This document shows positions 18,180 through 27,097 of a stretch of 32,000 bases of DNA, piece by piece. The position numbers were made by a program, and so were the translations under genes. Source of the DNA: Candidatus Arthromitus sp. SFB-rat-Yit (GTDB taxonomy: Bacteria > Bacillota > Clostridia > Clostridiales > Clostridiaceae); the NCBI RefSeq assembly GCF_000283555.1, contig NC_016012.1:930001-962000 (forward strand), written 5' to 3'. How positions within the stretch are numbered: position 1 is the first letter of the stretch; each line of letters opens with the position of its first letter. The notes beneath the pieces are model-generated. The model made no database searches, was not told the DNA's origin, and saw only the letters and a program-made list of their open reading frames with translations.

Positions 18180-19895
18180 GTGATATATATGCCATTAGAC
18201 GGAATTTTTCTATATTCATTAATTGAAGAACTAAGACCTAAAATAATAAATGGTAAGATTAGGAAAATTAATCAGTTTGATAAATATAGTTTTGTTTTTA
18301 ACGTTAGGTGCAGTGGTGAAAACCAAAATTTATTGATAAGTGCGAATTCCAAATATAATTCAATAAACCTAACTAACCAAAAACATGAAACACCAAAATC
18401 AAATTTTATGTTTTCAACTATTTTGAAAAAATACATATTAAATGGAACAATCAAAGATATTTCCCAAATAGAAAATGATCGAATTTTAAAATTATATATA
18501 GAAAACAGAAATGAACTTGGAAATGTAAAGGAATTTGAACTTATAATTGAGCTAATGGGCAAACATAGTAATGTTTCACTTGTTGAAAAAGATACTCAAA
18601 AAGTTTTAGATTCTATAAAACATCTTTCATTAAATAATAATTCTTACAGAACTCTTATACCGAATTCAATTTATAAATATCCACCAAAAGATGATTTAAA
18701 ATTAAATCCAATGGATTTCACAATACAAAACTTTAAAAAAATATTAAATATCATAGAAAACGAACCGTCAATGTATTCAAAAATATTTCAAGGAGTTTCA
18801 CCCCAACTATCAAAATTCATATTTGAATTAATCTCAAATGAATCCTTTGATAAAAAATTTGAAATTCTAAGTGAAATATTTAAAAACATAAAACTCAATC
18901 CAACTCTATATAAAGTAAATAATACATATAAAGATTTTTATAGTTTTGACATCAATATAAGCAATGATAAAATCACAAAACAAAACTTAAACGAATTAAT
19001 AGATGATTTTATTATAAACAAAAATATATCTGACGATATAAATGGAAAACTCACAAATATCAAAAAGATTATAAACTCTATCATACAAAAATCTTCTAAA
19101 AAAATCTCAATTTTTAAAAATGAAATTAAAAACAGTGAGGATAAATATAAATTTAAACTTTATGGTGATCTAATTTCTTCAAATATCTACATGCTAAAAG
19201 GTAAAGAAGATCACATAATGGTTCAAAATTATTTCAGTGAAAATCTGGAAGAAATTAAAATTCCATTAAATCCTAAAATGACTCCATCGCAAAATATAGA
19301 GTATTATTATAAAAAATTTAAAAAGCTGAAGAAATCTGAAGAAATAAATTTAATTAACATTTCATCCTGTGAAAAAGAAATAGATTATTTAAACTCTGTA
19401 CTTCTTAACTTAAACAACGCACAAAGCATTAATGACATTGATGATATAAGAATTGAGCTTGGAGAAAGTGGCTATTTGAAAGTTATAAAAACAAAAAATA
19501 AAGATAGCATAATAAAATCATCTCCACACCATTATGTAACCTCGAATGGAATTTCAATTTTTGTAGGAAAAAATAATATACAAAATGAATCACTAACTTT
19601 TAAGATTGCAAAAAAAGACTACACATGGTTTCATGTTAAAAATATTGCAGGCAGCCATGTTATACTTGCACATAACAATCCAAATAACAAATTAATAGAA
19701 ATAGCATCCATGTTAGCAGCATTTTACAGCAAATCATCTTCTTCCTCAAATGTTCCAGTAGATTATACAAAAGTTAAGAACGTAAAAAAAATGCCACACG
19801 CAAAACCTGGAATGGTCATTTATACATCATATAATACTGCTTATGTTACTCCCCCCACTAGTATAGATGAACTTAACTTAACAATAAAATCTTAG
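18180..19895 (+). CDS. rqcH: RqcH/FbpA family (NFACT) ribosome quality control protein
   Basis: 571 aa; MPLDGIFLYSLIEELRPKIINGKIRKINQFDKYSFVF...; C-terminal NFACT-R YTWFHVKNIAGSHVILAHNN...MPHAKPGMVIYTSYNTAYVTP. Confidence 0.95.
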   Translation: MIYMPLDGIFLYSLIEELRPKIINGKIRKINQFDKYSFVFNVRCSGENQNLLISANSKYNSINLTNQKHETPKSNFMFSTILKKYILNGTIKDISQIENDRILKLYIENRNELGNVKEFELIIELMGKHSNVSLVEKDTQKVLDSIKHLSLNNNSYRTLIPNSIYKYPPKDDLKLNPMDFTIQNFKKILNIIENEPSMYSKIFQGVSPQLSKFIFELISNESFDKKFEILSEIFKNIKLNPTLYKVNNTYKDFYSFDINISNDKITKQNLNELIDDFIINKNISDDINGKLTNIKKIINSIIQKSSKKISIFKNEIKNSEDKYKFKLYGDLISSNIYMLKGKEDHIMVQNYFSENLEEIKIPLNPKMTPSQNIEYYYKKFKKLKKSEEINLINISSCEKEIDYLNSVLLNLNNAQSINDIDDIRIELGESGYLKVIKTKNKDSIIKSSPHHYVTSNGISIFVGKNNIQNESLTFKIAKKDYTWFHVKNIAGSHVILAHNNPNNKLIEIASMLAAFYSKSSSSSNVPVDYTKVKNVKKMPHAKPGMVIYTSYNTAYVTPPTSIDELNLTIKS

Positions 19896-19969
19896 TTAAT
19901 TTAATACATAAATAATAATTAAAATTCTAATAATATAAGTGTATTCTAAAATAAAAGGTGGTTTATATT

Positions 19970-20146
19970 ATGGGAAGAAATGTTCAAGATCACGTAGATT
20001 CAAGTATAAATTCAATGCAAAACATAATAGATTCTCTACAAAAAGCTGAATGTAATTGTGAAAAAGAATCTAACAAAAAAGTTATAAGATCGGCAATAGA
20101 ATCTATAAATTGTGCTTGTAATCATCTTTGTGATTACTGCGATTAA
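19970..20146 (+). CDS. Small cysteine-rich protein (58 aa)
   Basis: MGRNVQDHVDSSINSMQNIIDSLQKAECNCEKESNKKVIRSAIESINCACNHLCDYCD; AGGTGG SD 8 nt upstream; terminator follows. Confidence 0.6.
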   Translation: MGRNVQDHVDSSINSMQNIIDSLQKAECNCEKESNKKVIRSAIESINCACNHLCDYCD

Positions 20147-20150
20147 AACA

Positions 20151-20183
20151 AAAATCCTATGAAAATTATTCATAGGATTTTTT
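20151..20183. terminator. Bidirectional terminator
   Basis: AAAATCCTATGAAaattaTTCATAGGATTTTTT. Confidence 0.85.
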
Positions 20184-20184
20184 G

Positions 20185-20661
20185 CTATTTATTATGTGCA
20201 GGGGCTTTCTTATCTATAAATACTTGTTTTTCAATCCAAGTATTATCTTCATATGTTATATCAAAGGCTTTACCGAAACCTTTAACTAATCTTCCATTTA
20301 AAATAGTTATTTCGAAAAAGTCAAAATCCATTCCATACAATACTTCCATCATTCTCTTTCCATGTATTTCCTCAAACTTTTCTCTAATACAATCTGGAAC
20401 TTCTTCAACTTTTTTTGCATTACCATTAAAACTTACTCTTTCTCTAGCAAATAAATTTTGAGATTTAGATTCATCAGCTACGACCATTAAGCTTATATTT
20501 CCATTCTCATCTATATTCTTATGATGATCTGCAATTCTACTTATATAAATATAAACTTTATTATCTACCATTATATAAGGTGAATAACTTATTTGTGGAA
20601 ACCCTTCACTATTCAAAGATGAAATCATTATAGTTTTTTGTGAATTTAAAATTTCTTTCAT
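20185..20661 (-). CDS. Pyridoxamine-5'-phosphate-oxidase-fold protein, HugZ-like (heme utilisation)
   Basis: 158 aa; QKTIMISSLNSEGFPQISYSPYIMVDNKVYIYISRIADHHKNIDENGNISLMVVADE...GFGKAFDI; last gene of heme ABC operon. Confidence 0.8.
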   Translation of the reverse strand: MKEILNSQKTIMISSLNSEGFPQISYSPYIMVDNKVYIYISRIADHHKNIDENGNISLMVVADESKSQNLFARERVSFNGNAKKVEEVPDCIREKFEEIHGKRMMEVLYGMDFDFFEITILNGRLVKGFGKAFDITYEDNTWIEKQVFIDKKAPAHNK

Positions 20662-20680
20662 TTAATTTTCCTCCAATATT

Positions 20681-21457
20681 TTAGGATTTATAATTACTAA
20701 TTGGTATTATTATTGATTTATTTTTGTACTCACATATATGACAATTTATATCATATACCTCTCTTAAATTTTCACAATTTATAACTTCTTTAGGTTTACC
20801 ATAATCAAAAACTTTGCCATCCTTCATTAATATAATTTTATCACTATATTGAATAGCTTGGTTCAAATCGTGTAAAACCATAACTATAGTTATACTTTTG
20901 CTAATATTTATATCTTTAATAAGTTCCATAAGCTCCAACTGATGTGATATATCCAAGTATGTTGTTGGTTCATCCAATAACAATAAATTTGGAGTTTGTG
21001 CAAGAGCCATAGATATCCAAACTCTTTGTCTTTCTCCACCAGATAAACTATTAATACTCGTATTCCTATATTTGAAAACTTTTGTGTATTTCATAGCTTG
21101 TTCCACTATTTCACAATCTATATTACTTTTCTTTTCATACCATCTCTTATGAGGTGACCTTCCATACTTAACTAACTGCTCTACTGTTATATCCCCTATT
21201 AAATCGTTATGCTGCGATAAAATAGCTACTTGTTTTGAAAAATCTTTTAAAGATTTCAAATAAATATTTTCATCCTCAAAATAAATATCCCCAGACAAAG
21301 GTTTAAGATATCTAGTTAAACAATTAAGAAGAGTAGATTTACCCGAACCATTAGGTCCTAAAATTGTTACAATTTCCCCTCTTTGTATCTCAATAGATAA
21401 TTTTTCTATTATAACCTTGTCTTCATATCCAACTTTTAAATCTTTTACACTTAACAA
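20681..21457 (-). CDS. hmuV: Heme/iron-siderophore ABC transporter ATP-binding protein
   Basis: Walker A GPNGSGKSTLL, signature LSGGERQRVWISMALAQ, Walker B LLLLDEPTTYLD. Confidence 0.88.
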   Translation of the reverse strand: MLSVKDLKVGYEDKVIIEKLSIEIQRGEIVTILGPNGSGKSTLLNCLTRYLKPLSGDIYFEDENIYLKSLKDFSKQVAILSQHNDLIGDITVEQLVKYGRSPHKRWYEKKSNIDCEIVEQAMKYTKVFKYRNTSINSLSGGERQRVWISMALAQTPNLLLLDEPTTYLDISHQLELMELIKDINISKSITIVMVLHDLNQAIQYSDKIILMKDGKVFDYGKPKEVINCENLREVYDINCHICEYKNKSIIIPISNYKS

Positions 21458-21463
21458 AAATCA

Positions 21464-22453
21464 CTACTCTCCTTTCTTTTTTCTTAATAAATATAGGAAA
21501 AATGGGGCTCCTAATAATGACATTATTATACCAACAGGTAATTCTATACTCCCTCCTATTACTCTAGATAATGTATCGGCTAAAAGTACAATTATCCCAC
21601 CAAAAGAAATAGCTAAAGGTAAAGAATATTTATAATCATACCCAACTATCATTCTACAAATATGCGGTATTACAAGCCCAACAAATCCTATGATACCAAC
21701 AATAGATGTGCATACTGCTGCTAAAAACACTCCAACTATAGATACAAATAATCTCAAATATGTAATATTGAATCCTAAATTTAAAATTGTTTTTTCTCCA
21801 AGAGCTAATATATTAGCTGGTTTTATACAAAACAAAGCCAATATTAGTCCAATAATCACATAAATACTCAAAAGCTTAAAATCAGACCACGTCTTCTGTG
21901 ACAAACTCCCATTTAACCAAAGCAGTGCACTCTGTATTCTATCACTATAAAAAATTGTAAATATTGATATTATACTTCCAAACACAGCATTAACAGCAAC
22001 ACCAGATAATATAATTCTGCTAGGAGAAATCCCTCCATCTTTCCATGCTAATAAAAATACTAACATGCACGCTATAAGTCCACCCAAAAAAGATGCTATA
22101 GGTAAACCATAAGAAAATGAAGGAATAACCAAGAGTATTATAATTGCTACAACACTAGCTCCCGAAGATACTCCAGTTATTCCTGGATCTGCCAATGGAT
22201 TTTTCATGACAGATTGTAAAAGCATACCTGAAACAGATAAACCAGCACCAACCAAAACAGCAATAAGATTTCTCGGTAGTCTAATTTCATAAACTATTAC
22301 GTTTAATAAATTGTTTCCCTTACCAAAAAGTGATAACAAGATTTCTTTTAATTCAAACTTTACACTACCAAAGATACACAATACAAATGCCAAAATAAAT
22401 AATACTACATATGAAATAACTATAATTGCTACTGATTTCTTTTTACTAACCAT
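21464..22453 (-). CDS. hmuU: FecCD-family ABC transporter permease
   Basis: LRLPRNLIAVLVGAGLSVSGMLLQSVMKNPLADPGITGVSSGASV...; start set at MVSKKKS rather than the track's 22513. Confidence 0.88.
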   Translation of the reverse strand: MVSKKKSVAIIVISYVVLFILAFVLCIFGSVKFELKEILLSLFGKGNNLLNVIVYEIRLPRNLIAVLVGAGLSVSGMLLQSVMKNPLADPGITGVSSGASVVAIIILLVIPSFSYGLPIASFLGGLIACMLVFLLAWKDGGISPSRIILSGVAVNAVFGSIISIFTIFYSDRIQSALLWLNGSLSQKTWSDFKLLSIYVIIGLILALFCIKPANILALGEKTILNLGFNITYLRLFVSIVGVFLAAVCTSIVGIIGFVGLVIPHICRMIVGYDYKYSLPLAISFGGIIVLLADTLSRVIGGSIELPVGIIMSLLGAPFFLYLLRKKKGE

Positions 22454-23363
22454 TAAATATTCTTCCAAGTTCAGTAAGTGCTTTATCAATATTAATATTT
22501 GCAGATGTACCAAATAAATTGGAATCTAAATTATAGATCTTGTTATTTTTTACAGCATCCAAATTCATCCAAGCTGGATTCTCTCCAAATAATTTTTCAA
22601 GTGACTTATTAGCCTCATCTATATTTCCATGTCCAAAAGTTAATATTAAATCTGGTTGATTTACTAGCAATTGCTCCAAATTTAAGTTAACATAATTGTT
22701 CACTGCTTGCACATCTGAATTGCTCGCCATTATCTCATTAACTATATTTTTTACTCCCAAAGCTTTAACCAAACTTCCAACATAAGAATCTTCCGTCGCA
22801 AGCATATTGCTTTCTGAAGTACCGGATATTATAGCAACTTTAAGATCTTTATTTACAGCACTTAAATTATTTAGTGGCTCTCTAAATCTTTCTACCAACT
22901 TACTTGCTTCTTTCTCTTTGTTTATCTTTTTCCCTAATTCTTCTATATCACGTAAAAATTTATCATAACTAGAAGTGTCAATATAGAATGTGTCAATTCC
23001 ATATTGTTTTGCTGAATTTTCAATTTTATCCTTAAACAAATAATCGCCAATCAAAAGTTCTGTTCCAACAGATAGAACCTTTTCAAAATCTGGAGAAAAA
23101 GAACTACCTATTTCAGGAATATCAACATAAGTAGCTGGTAATTCTAACTTAGTTGTTGGTCTTCCAACTATCTTTTGATTAAGCTCAGATAGAACATGTG
23201 AAATCGCAACACTAGCTACTGATATTTTAATTTCTTTTTGTTGCTGATTAATTGACACATTGCTACTATTCGTATCATTTTCTTTAGATGCTTGTCCAAC
23301 AGAACTACATCCAAGAAGCAAAAAGCTAACTAAAATGATACTCGATACTCTTTTAAATTTCAT
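22446..23363 (-). CDS. hmuT: Heme/iron substrate-binding lipoprotein
   Basis: Lipobox LLLGC; VASVAISHVLSELNQKIVGRPTTKLELPATYVDIPEIGSSFSPDFEKVLSVGTELLIGD. Confidence 0.85.
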   Translation of the reverse strand: MKFKRVSSIILVSFLLLGCSSVGQASKENDTNSSNVSINQQQKEIKISVASVAISHVLSELNQKIVGRPTTKLELPATYVDIPEIGSSFSPDFEKVLSVGTELLIGDYLFKDKIENSAKQYGIDTFYIDTSSYDKFLRDIEELGKKINKEKEASKLVERFREPLNNLSAVNKDLKVAIISGTSESNMLATEDSYVGSLVKALGVKNIVNEIMASNSDVQAVNNYVNLNLEQLLVNQPDLILTFGHGNIDEANKSLEKLFGENPAWMNLDAVKNNKIYNLDSNLFGTSANINIDKALTELGRIFNG

Positions 23364-23387
23364 AAATATACTCCACTATTTTAATAT

Positions 23388-23402
23388 TGATAATCAAAAT
23401 CA
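23388..23402. promoter_or_regulatory. Possible Fur-type box upstream of hmuT
   Basis: TGATAATCAAAATCA matches 12 of 14 defined positions of TGATAATNATTATCA; 25 nt upstream of start. Confidence 0.4.
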
Positions 23403-23458
23403 TTTATTTTATTTATAATTTTAGGAGCAACATAAATTATTGCCCCTTAAATCATTTA

Positions 23459-24022
23459 TTAAAGTTTTCCAACCAAATCAATTCCTGGTTTTAATGTTTC
23501 ACTTCCAGGTTTCCACTTAGCTGGGCAAACTTGATCACCATATTGTGCTACAAACTGGCTAGCTTGTAACTTACGAAGTAATTCTGAAGCATTTCTTCCA
23601 ACATTACCAGCATTAACTTCATAACATACTATTTTACCTTCTGGGTTAAGGATGAAAGCTCCACGCTCAGCTAATCCATTTTCATCTATGTATACTTCAA
23701 AGTCTTTTGAAAGTACATGCGTTGGATCTGCAAGCATAACATATTTAATTTTTTTGATACTATCAGATGCATCATGCCAAGCTTTGTGAACAAAGTGAGT
23801 ATCTGTAGAAACTGAATAAACTTCACAATTATTGCTTTTGAATTCTTCATAAAGATCTGATAAATCTTCTAATTCTGTAGGACATATAAATGTGAAATCT
23901 GCTGGATAAAAGAAAAATATACTCCACTTTCCTAAAACATCGCTCTTATTAATCGTTTTAAATTCACCATTACAAAATGCTTGAACACTAAAATCAGAAA
24001 TTTCCTTATTTATCAATGACAT
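23459..24022 (-). CDS. ahpC: Peroxiredoxin AhpC
   Basis: 187 aa; FFYPADFTFICPTELEDLSDLYEEF..., resolving Cys GDQVCPAKWKPG. Confidence 0.97.
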   Translation of the reverse strand: MSLINKEISDFSVQAFCNGEFKTINKSDVLGKWSIFFFYPADFTFICPTELEDLSDLYEEFKSNNCEVYSVSTDTHFVHKAWHDASDSIKKIKYVMLADPTHVLSKDFEVYIDENGLAERGAFILNPEGKIVCYEVNAGNVGRNASELLRKLQASQFVAQYGDQVCPAKWKPGSETLKPGIDLVGKL

Positions 24023-24113
24023 AACACTAACTCCTTTTTAATTGATATTTATTATTATATCAGATTGAATATATATTGTAAATATTAATAATTAATATCA
24101 TTTAATTATTATT

Positions 24114-24989
24114 TTAAAATGTCATTATAATTGTTCCAAATACAATCAATATTAATCCCATAAATGAAACCTTGCTTAATTTTTCTTTTAAGAATATACA
24201 CGAGAATATTATAGAAACAACGATACTCAATTTGTCTATTGGAATTACTAAGCTTACAATTCCATTCTTTATTGAGTAATAATAACATAGCCATGATACT
24301 CCCGTGGAAATTCCTGAAAGTAGTATAAATCTTAATTCACGCTTATCAATTTTTGTAATTCCTTTGTATTCTTTTGTTACAAAAATAATAATCCAAGAAA
24401 TTATAAGTATAACGATCGTTCTTATTAATGTTCCAAGATTTGAGTCTACATTATCTATACCAATTTTCCCAAGTACTGAAGTTAGCGATGCAAAAATCGA
24501 CGAAAGAATTGCATATAAAATGTAAATGTTCTTCTTTTTGTTCTTATTTATTTGTTTCCTTTCAATCATCAAAATGGTCCCAATTGAAATAAAAATAATA
24601 CCTATCAATTTAATTAATAAATTATCCGTTTCATTAAATAAAACTATAGCAAAAAGTATGCTTAACACTACACTTGACTTATCTATAACAACAACTTTAT
24701 TTAAATCACCTATTGATAAAGCCTTGAAATAAAGTATCCAAGAAAACCCTGTCATGATGCCCGACAATAAAAGAAACACAAATGATCTCAACGTAATGTC
24801 CTTAATAGAGCTAAACGCTCCGCTTATAATAACTATCACTAATGAAAATATTACAATTATAATTGTTCTTATTGCCATTGCAACATTTGAATTTGTCTTT
24901 CTTATTCCACACTTTACAAGTATCGATGTTATACCTGCAAAGAATGCAGACACTATAGCCATAATAAACCACATTTTCAAAACCTCCAC
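24114..24989 (-). CDS. EamA (DMT) family transporter
   Basis: Two EamA repeats: SAFFAGITSILVKCGI...ALSIGDLNKVVVIDKSSVVLSILFAIVLFNE and SSIFASLTSVLGKIGI...VSLVIPIDKLSIVVSIIFSCIFLKE. Confidence 0.9.
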   Translation of the reverse strand: MEVLKMWFIMAIVSAFFAGITSILVKCGIRKTNSNVAMAIRTIIIVIFSLVIVIISGAFSSIKDITLRSFVFLLLSGIMTGFSWILYFKALSIGDLNKVVVIDKSSVVLSILFAIVLFNETDNLLIKLIGIIFISIGTILMIERKQINKNKKKNIYILYAILSSIFASLTSVLGKIGIDNVDSNLGTLIRTIVILIISWIIIFVTKEYKGITKIDKRELRFILLSGISTGVSWLCYYYSIKNGIVSLVIPIDKLSIVVSIIFSCIFLKEKLSKVSFMGLILIVFGTIIMTF

Positions 24990-25010
24990 TGTTAATTTTA
25001 ATACATAACA

Positions 25011-25045
25011 AAAAGAGTAACAAACTAAAACGTTCGTTACTCTTT
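25011..25045 (-). terminator. Terminator at end of PTS/GH1 operon
   Basis: AAAGAGTAAC...GTTACTCTTT stem overlapping the stop of the 25037..25483 CDS. Confidence 0.65.
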
Positions 25046-25483
25046 ATTGGATTTTATATATGACTCGATATATCTTATACGTTTTGATGCTCTTTTCCTC
25101 GATCTTTTCTTATAGAAAAAATTCATTATCTTAAAATTTAAATTTGCAGTGCCAGTCTTGCCTACAAACTCTTCTTTATATATAACATCAATATTTTCAT
25201 CATCAATTTCATCAATAATATAACATATAGTATTAACTCCAGATGCCGATTTAAAATTTGCACTGTACATTTTGGGAGAAGCAAAATGTGTTATTACCAC
25301 CTCAACCTCTCCTCTTCCTCCAAGTTTATTTTTAAGGTTCTTCGTATATTTAAAACCATTGCGTATATCACTAACAACCATTTTTTTGCCCATTGATTGC
25401 TCTATATCATAAATTACAGATTCCTCTATCTTACTAAAAAAATCTTTTGCACTTACATTAAGTCTTTCTTTTATCTCAATCAT
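25037..25483 (-). CDS. DUF3284-like protein associated with beta-glucoside PTS
   Basis: 148 aa; IKERLNVSAKDFFSKIEESVIYDIEQ...GRGEVEVVITHFASPKMYSANFKSASGVNTICYII; genomic context. Confidence 0.65.
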   Translation of the reverse strand: MIEIKERLNVSAKDFFSKIEESVIYDIEQSMGKKMVVSDIRNGFKYTKNLKNKLGGRGEVEVVITHFASPKMYSANFKSASGVNTICYIIDEIDDENIDVIYKEEFVGKTGTANLNFKIMNFFYKKRSRKRASKRIRYIESYIKSNKE

Positions 25484-25489
25484 TTTTAT

Positions 25490-26866
25490 CTAAAACCCAT
25501 TATTATCATGTAATTCTTTAAACCAATATCCAGACTTCTTAATTGTTCTTTCTTGAGTATCAATATTAAGCTCTATTAATCCATATCTATTTTTATATGC
25601 ATTTATCCAACTCCAACAATCTATAAATGTCCAAACTTGGTATCCGATACAATTACTTCCTTCACTAATTCCTTTATGAAGCCACATCAAATGTTCTTTG
25701 TAAAAATCTATTCTATAATCATCCTCAATGCGTCCATCTTTTTTAAAACGCTCTTCACCTTCTACTCCCATTCCGTTTTCAGTTACCATCCACTCAATAT
25801 TACCGTAATTTTCTTTTATATTTATAGCAATATCATACAATCCTTTAGGATAAATTTCCCAACCCCTATATGGGTTCATTCTCCTACCTGGCATTACGTA
25901 ATCATCAAAATAATATTGTGGGAAGAATGGTGAATCTGGGTTTGGCATATTCGCTTTTGCACAAACTCTAACTGGATGATAATAGTTAACTCCTAAAAAG
26001 TCTACTGTATTTTCCTTTATAATTTTCAAATCTTCATCTGTATATGTTGGCATCAAATCATGTTTTTTGATTATATCAACTAACTCCCTACTATACTCCC
26101 CTTTAACCGCTGGATCTAAGAAACTTTTGTTAGCAAATAGCTCAGCAATTCTTGAAGCCTCTACATCTTTTTCATTGTTACTTCTTGGATATGCCGGAGT
26201 AAGATTAAGTACTATTCCAATTTTCCCTTCCTGATTCAAGTTGTGATATTCTCTTATAGCAGATGCACTTGCAAGTGCTGTATGGTATGCAACTTGAACA
26301 GCAGCCTTTGGATCAACTTTGCATGGATAATGATAGCAAAGCAAGTATCCACATTCAACATGTACAATTGGTTCGTTAAATGTAAACCAATGTTTAACTA
26401 TATCTCCATAGAGTTCAAAGCATTTTTTTGCATAATCTCTATAATGATCTACAACTTTTCTATTTTCCCATCCACCAATTTTTTGAAGTTCATATGGCAT
26501 ATCAAAATGAAACAAACAAACAAAAGGTTCTATTCCTTCTCTTTTGAGTTCCTCAAATACGTTTCGATAAAATTTTACAGCATCTTGATTTAAATCCCCA
26601 TATCCATTTGGGAATAATCTAGACCAACTTATAGATGTTCTAAAAGAATTGTGACCTGTTTGTTTCAATAGTTGTATATCTGATTTATAATTTTTATAAA
26701 AAGTTGATGTGTCTTTTGGTCCAATGCCATCGAAAAATTTATACGACTCCTCCTCATACCAAATATCCCATATATCTTGTCCCTTTAGACCATCATCATG
26801 TGCACCTTCACTCTGAGTTGCACTAGTAGCACTACCATAATAAAAATTATTTGGAAACTTAATCAT
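25490..26866 (-). CDS. GH1 6-phospho-beta-glucosidase
   Basis: 458 aa; NFYYGSATSATQSEG, FNEPIVHVECGY, TENGMGVEGEERF. Confidence 0.95.
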   Translation of the reverse strand: MIKFPNNFYYGSATSATQSEGAHDDGLKGQDIWDIWYEEESYKFFDGIGPKDTSTFYKNYKSDIQLLKQTGHNSFRTSISWSRLFPNGYGDLNQDAVKFYRNVFEELKREGIEPFVCLFHFDMPYELQKIGGWENRKVVDHYRDYAKKCFELYGDIVKHWFTFNEPIVHVECGYLLCYHYPCKVDPKAAVQVAYHTALASASAIREYHNLNQEGKIGIVLNLTPAYPRSNNEKDVEASRIAELFANKSFLDPAVKGEYSRELVDIIKKHDLMPTYTDEDLKIIKENTVDFLGVNYYHPVRVCAKANMPNPDSPFFPQYYFDDYVMPGRRMNPYRGWEIYPKGLYDIAINIKENYGNIEWMVTENGMGVEGEERFKKDGRIEDDYRIDFYKEHLMWLHKGISEGSNCIGYQVWTFIDCWSWINAYKNRYGLIELNIDTQERTIKKSGYWFKELHDNNGF

Positions 26867-27039
26867 CTCTTTTTACCTCCGGATTTATTTTTTTTAAATA
26901 AAATTACTCCTAACAAAATAATTAACAATCCTCCAATGATCATTATCATAGGATTCGAGTTTCTTGGCGATAACATAATAAATAGCAATCCAATTGATAT
27001 TAAAAACAAAATCCAAGCTGATTTTTCATCTTTCTTCAT
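26863..27039 (-). CDS. Small membrane protein in PTS operon (58 aa), not in ORF track
   Basis: MKKDEKSAWILFLISIGLLFIMLSPRNSNPMIMIIGGLLIILLGVILFKKNKSGGKKR; stop overlaps GH1 start (ATGA), and the GH1 SD lies inside its last codons. Confidence 0.65.
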   Translation of the reverse strand: MKKDEKSAWILFLISIGLLFIMLSPRNSNPMIMIIGGLLIILLGVILFKKNKSGGKKR

Positions 27040-27097
27040 TTAATTACCTTAATTTCCTAAAAATTAAGAGTAGGGCTAGCCTACTCAATTAATTTGT

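Noticed and set aside
20159-20461. 100-aa plus-strand ORF starting in the terminator downstream of the Cys-rich gene
   Set aside because: Antisense to the HugZ-like CDS, and its first codons are the terminator hairpin.
23403-23458. Possible terminator after ahpC (AGGaGCAAcataaattaTTGCcCCT)
   Set aside because: The stem has a mismatch and there is no T tract on either strand, so it is too weak to annotate.
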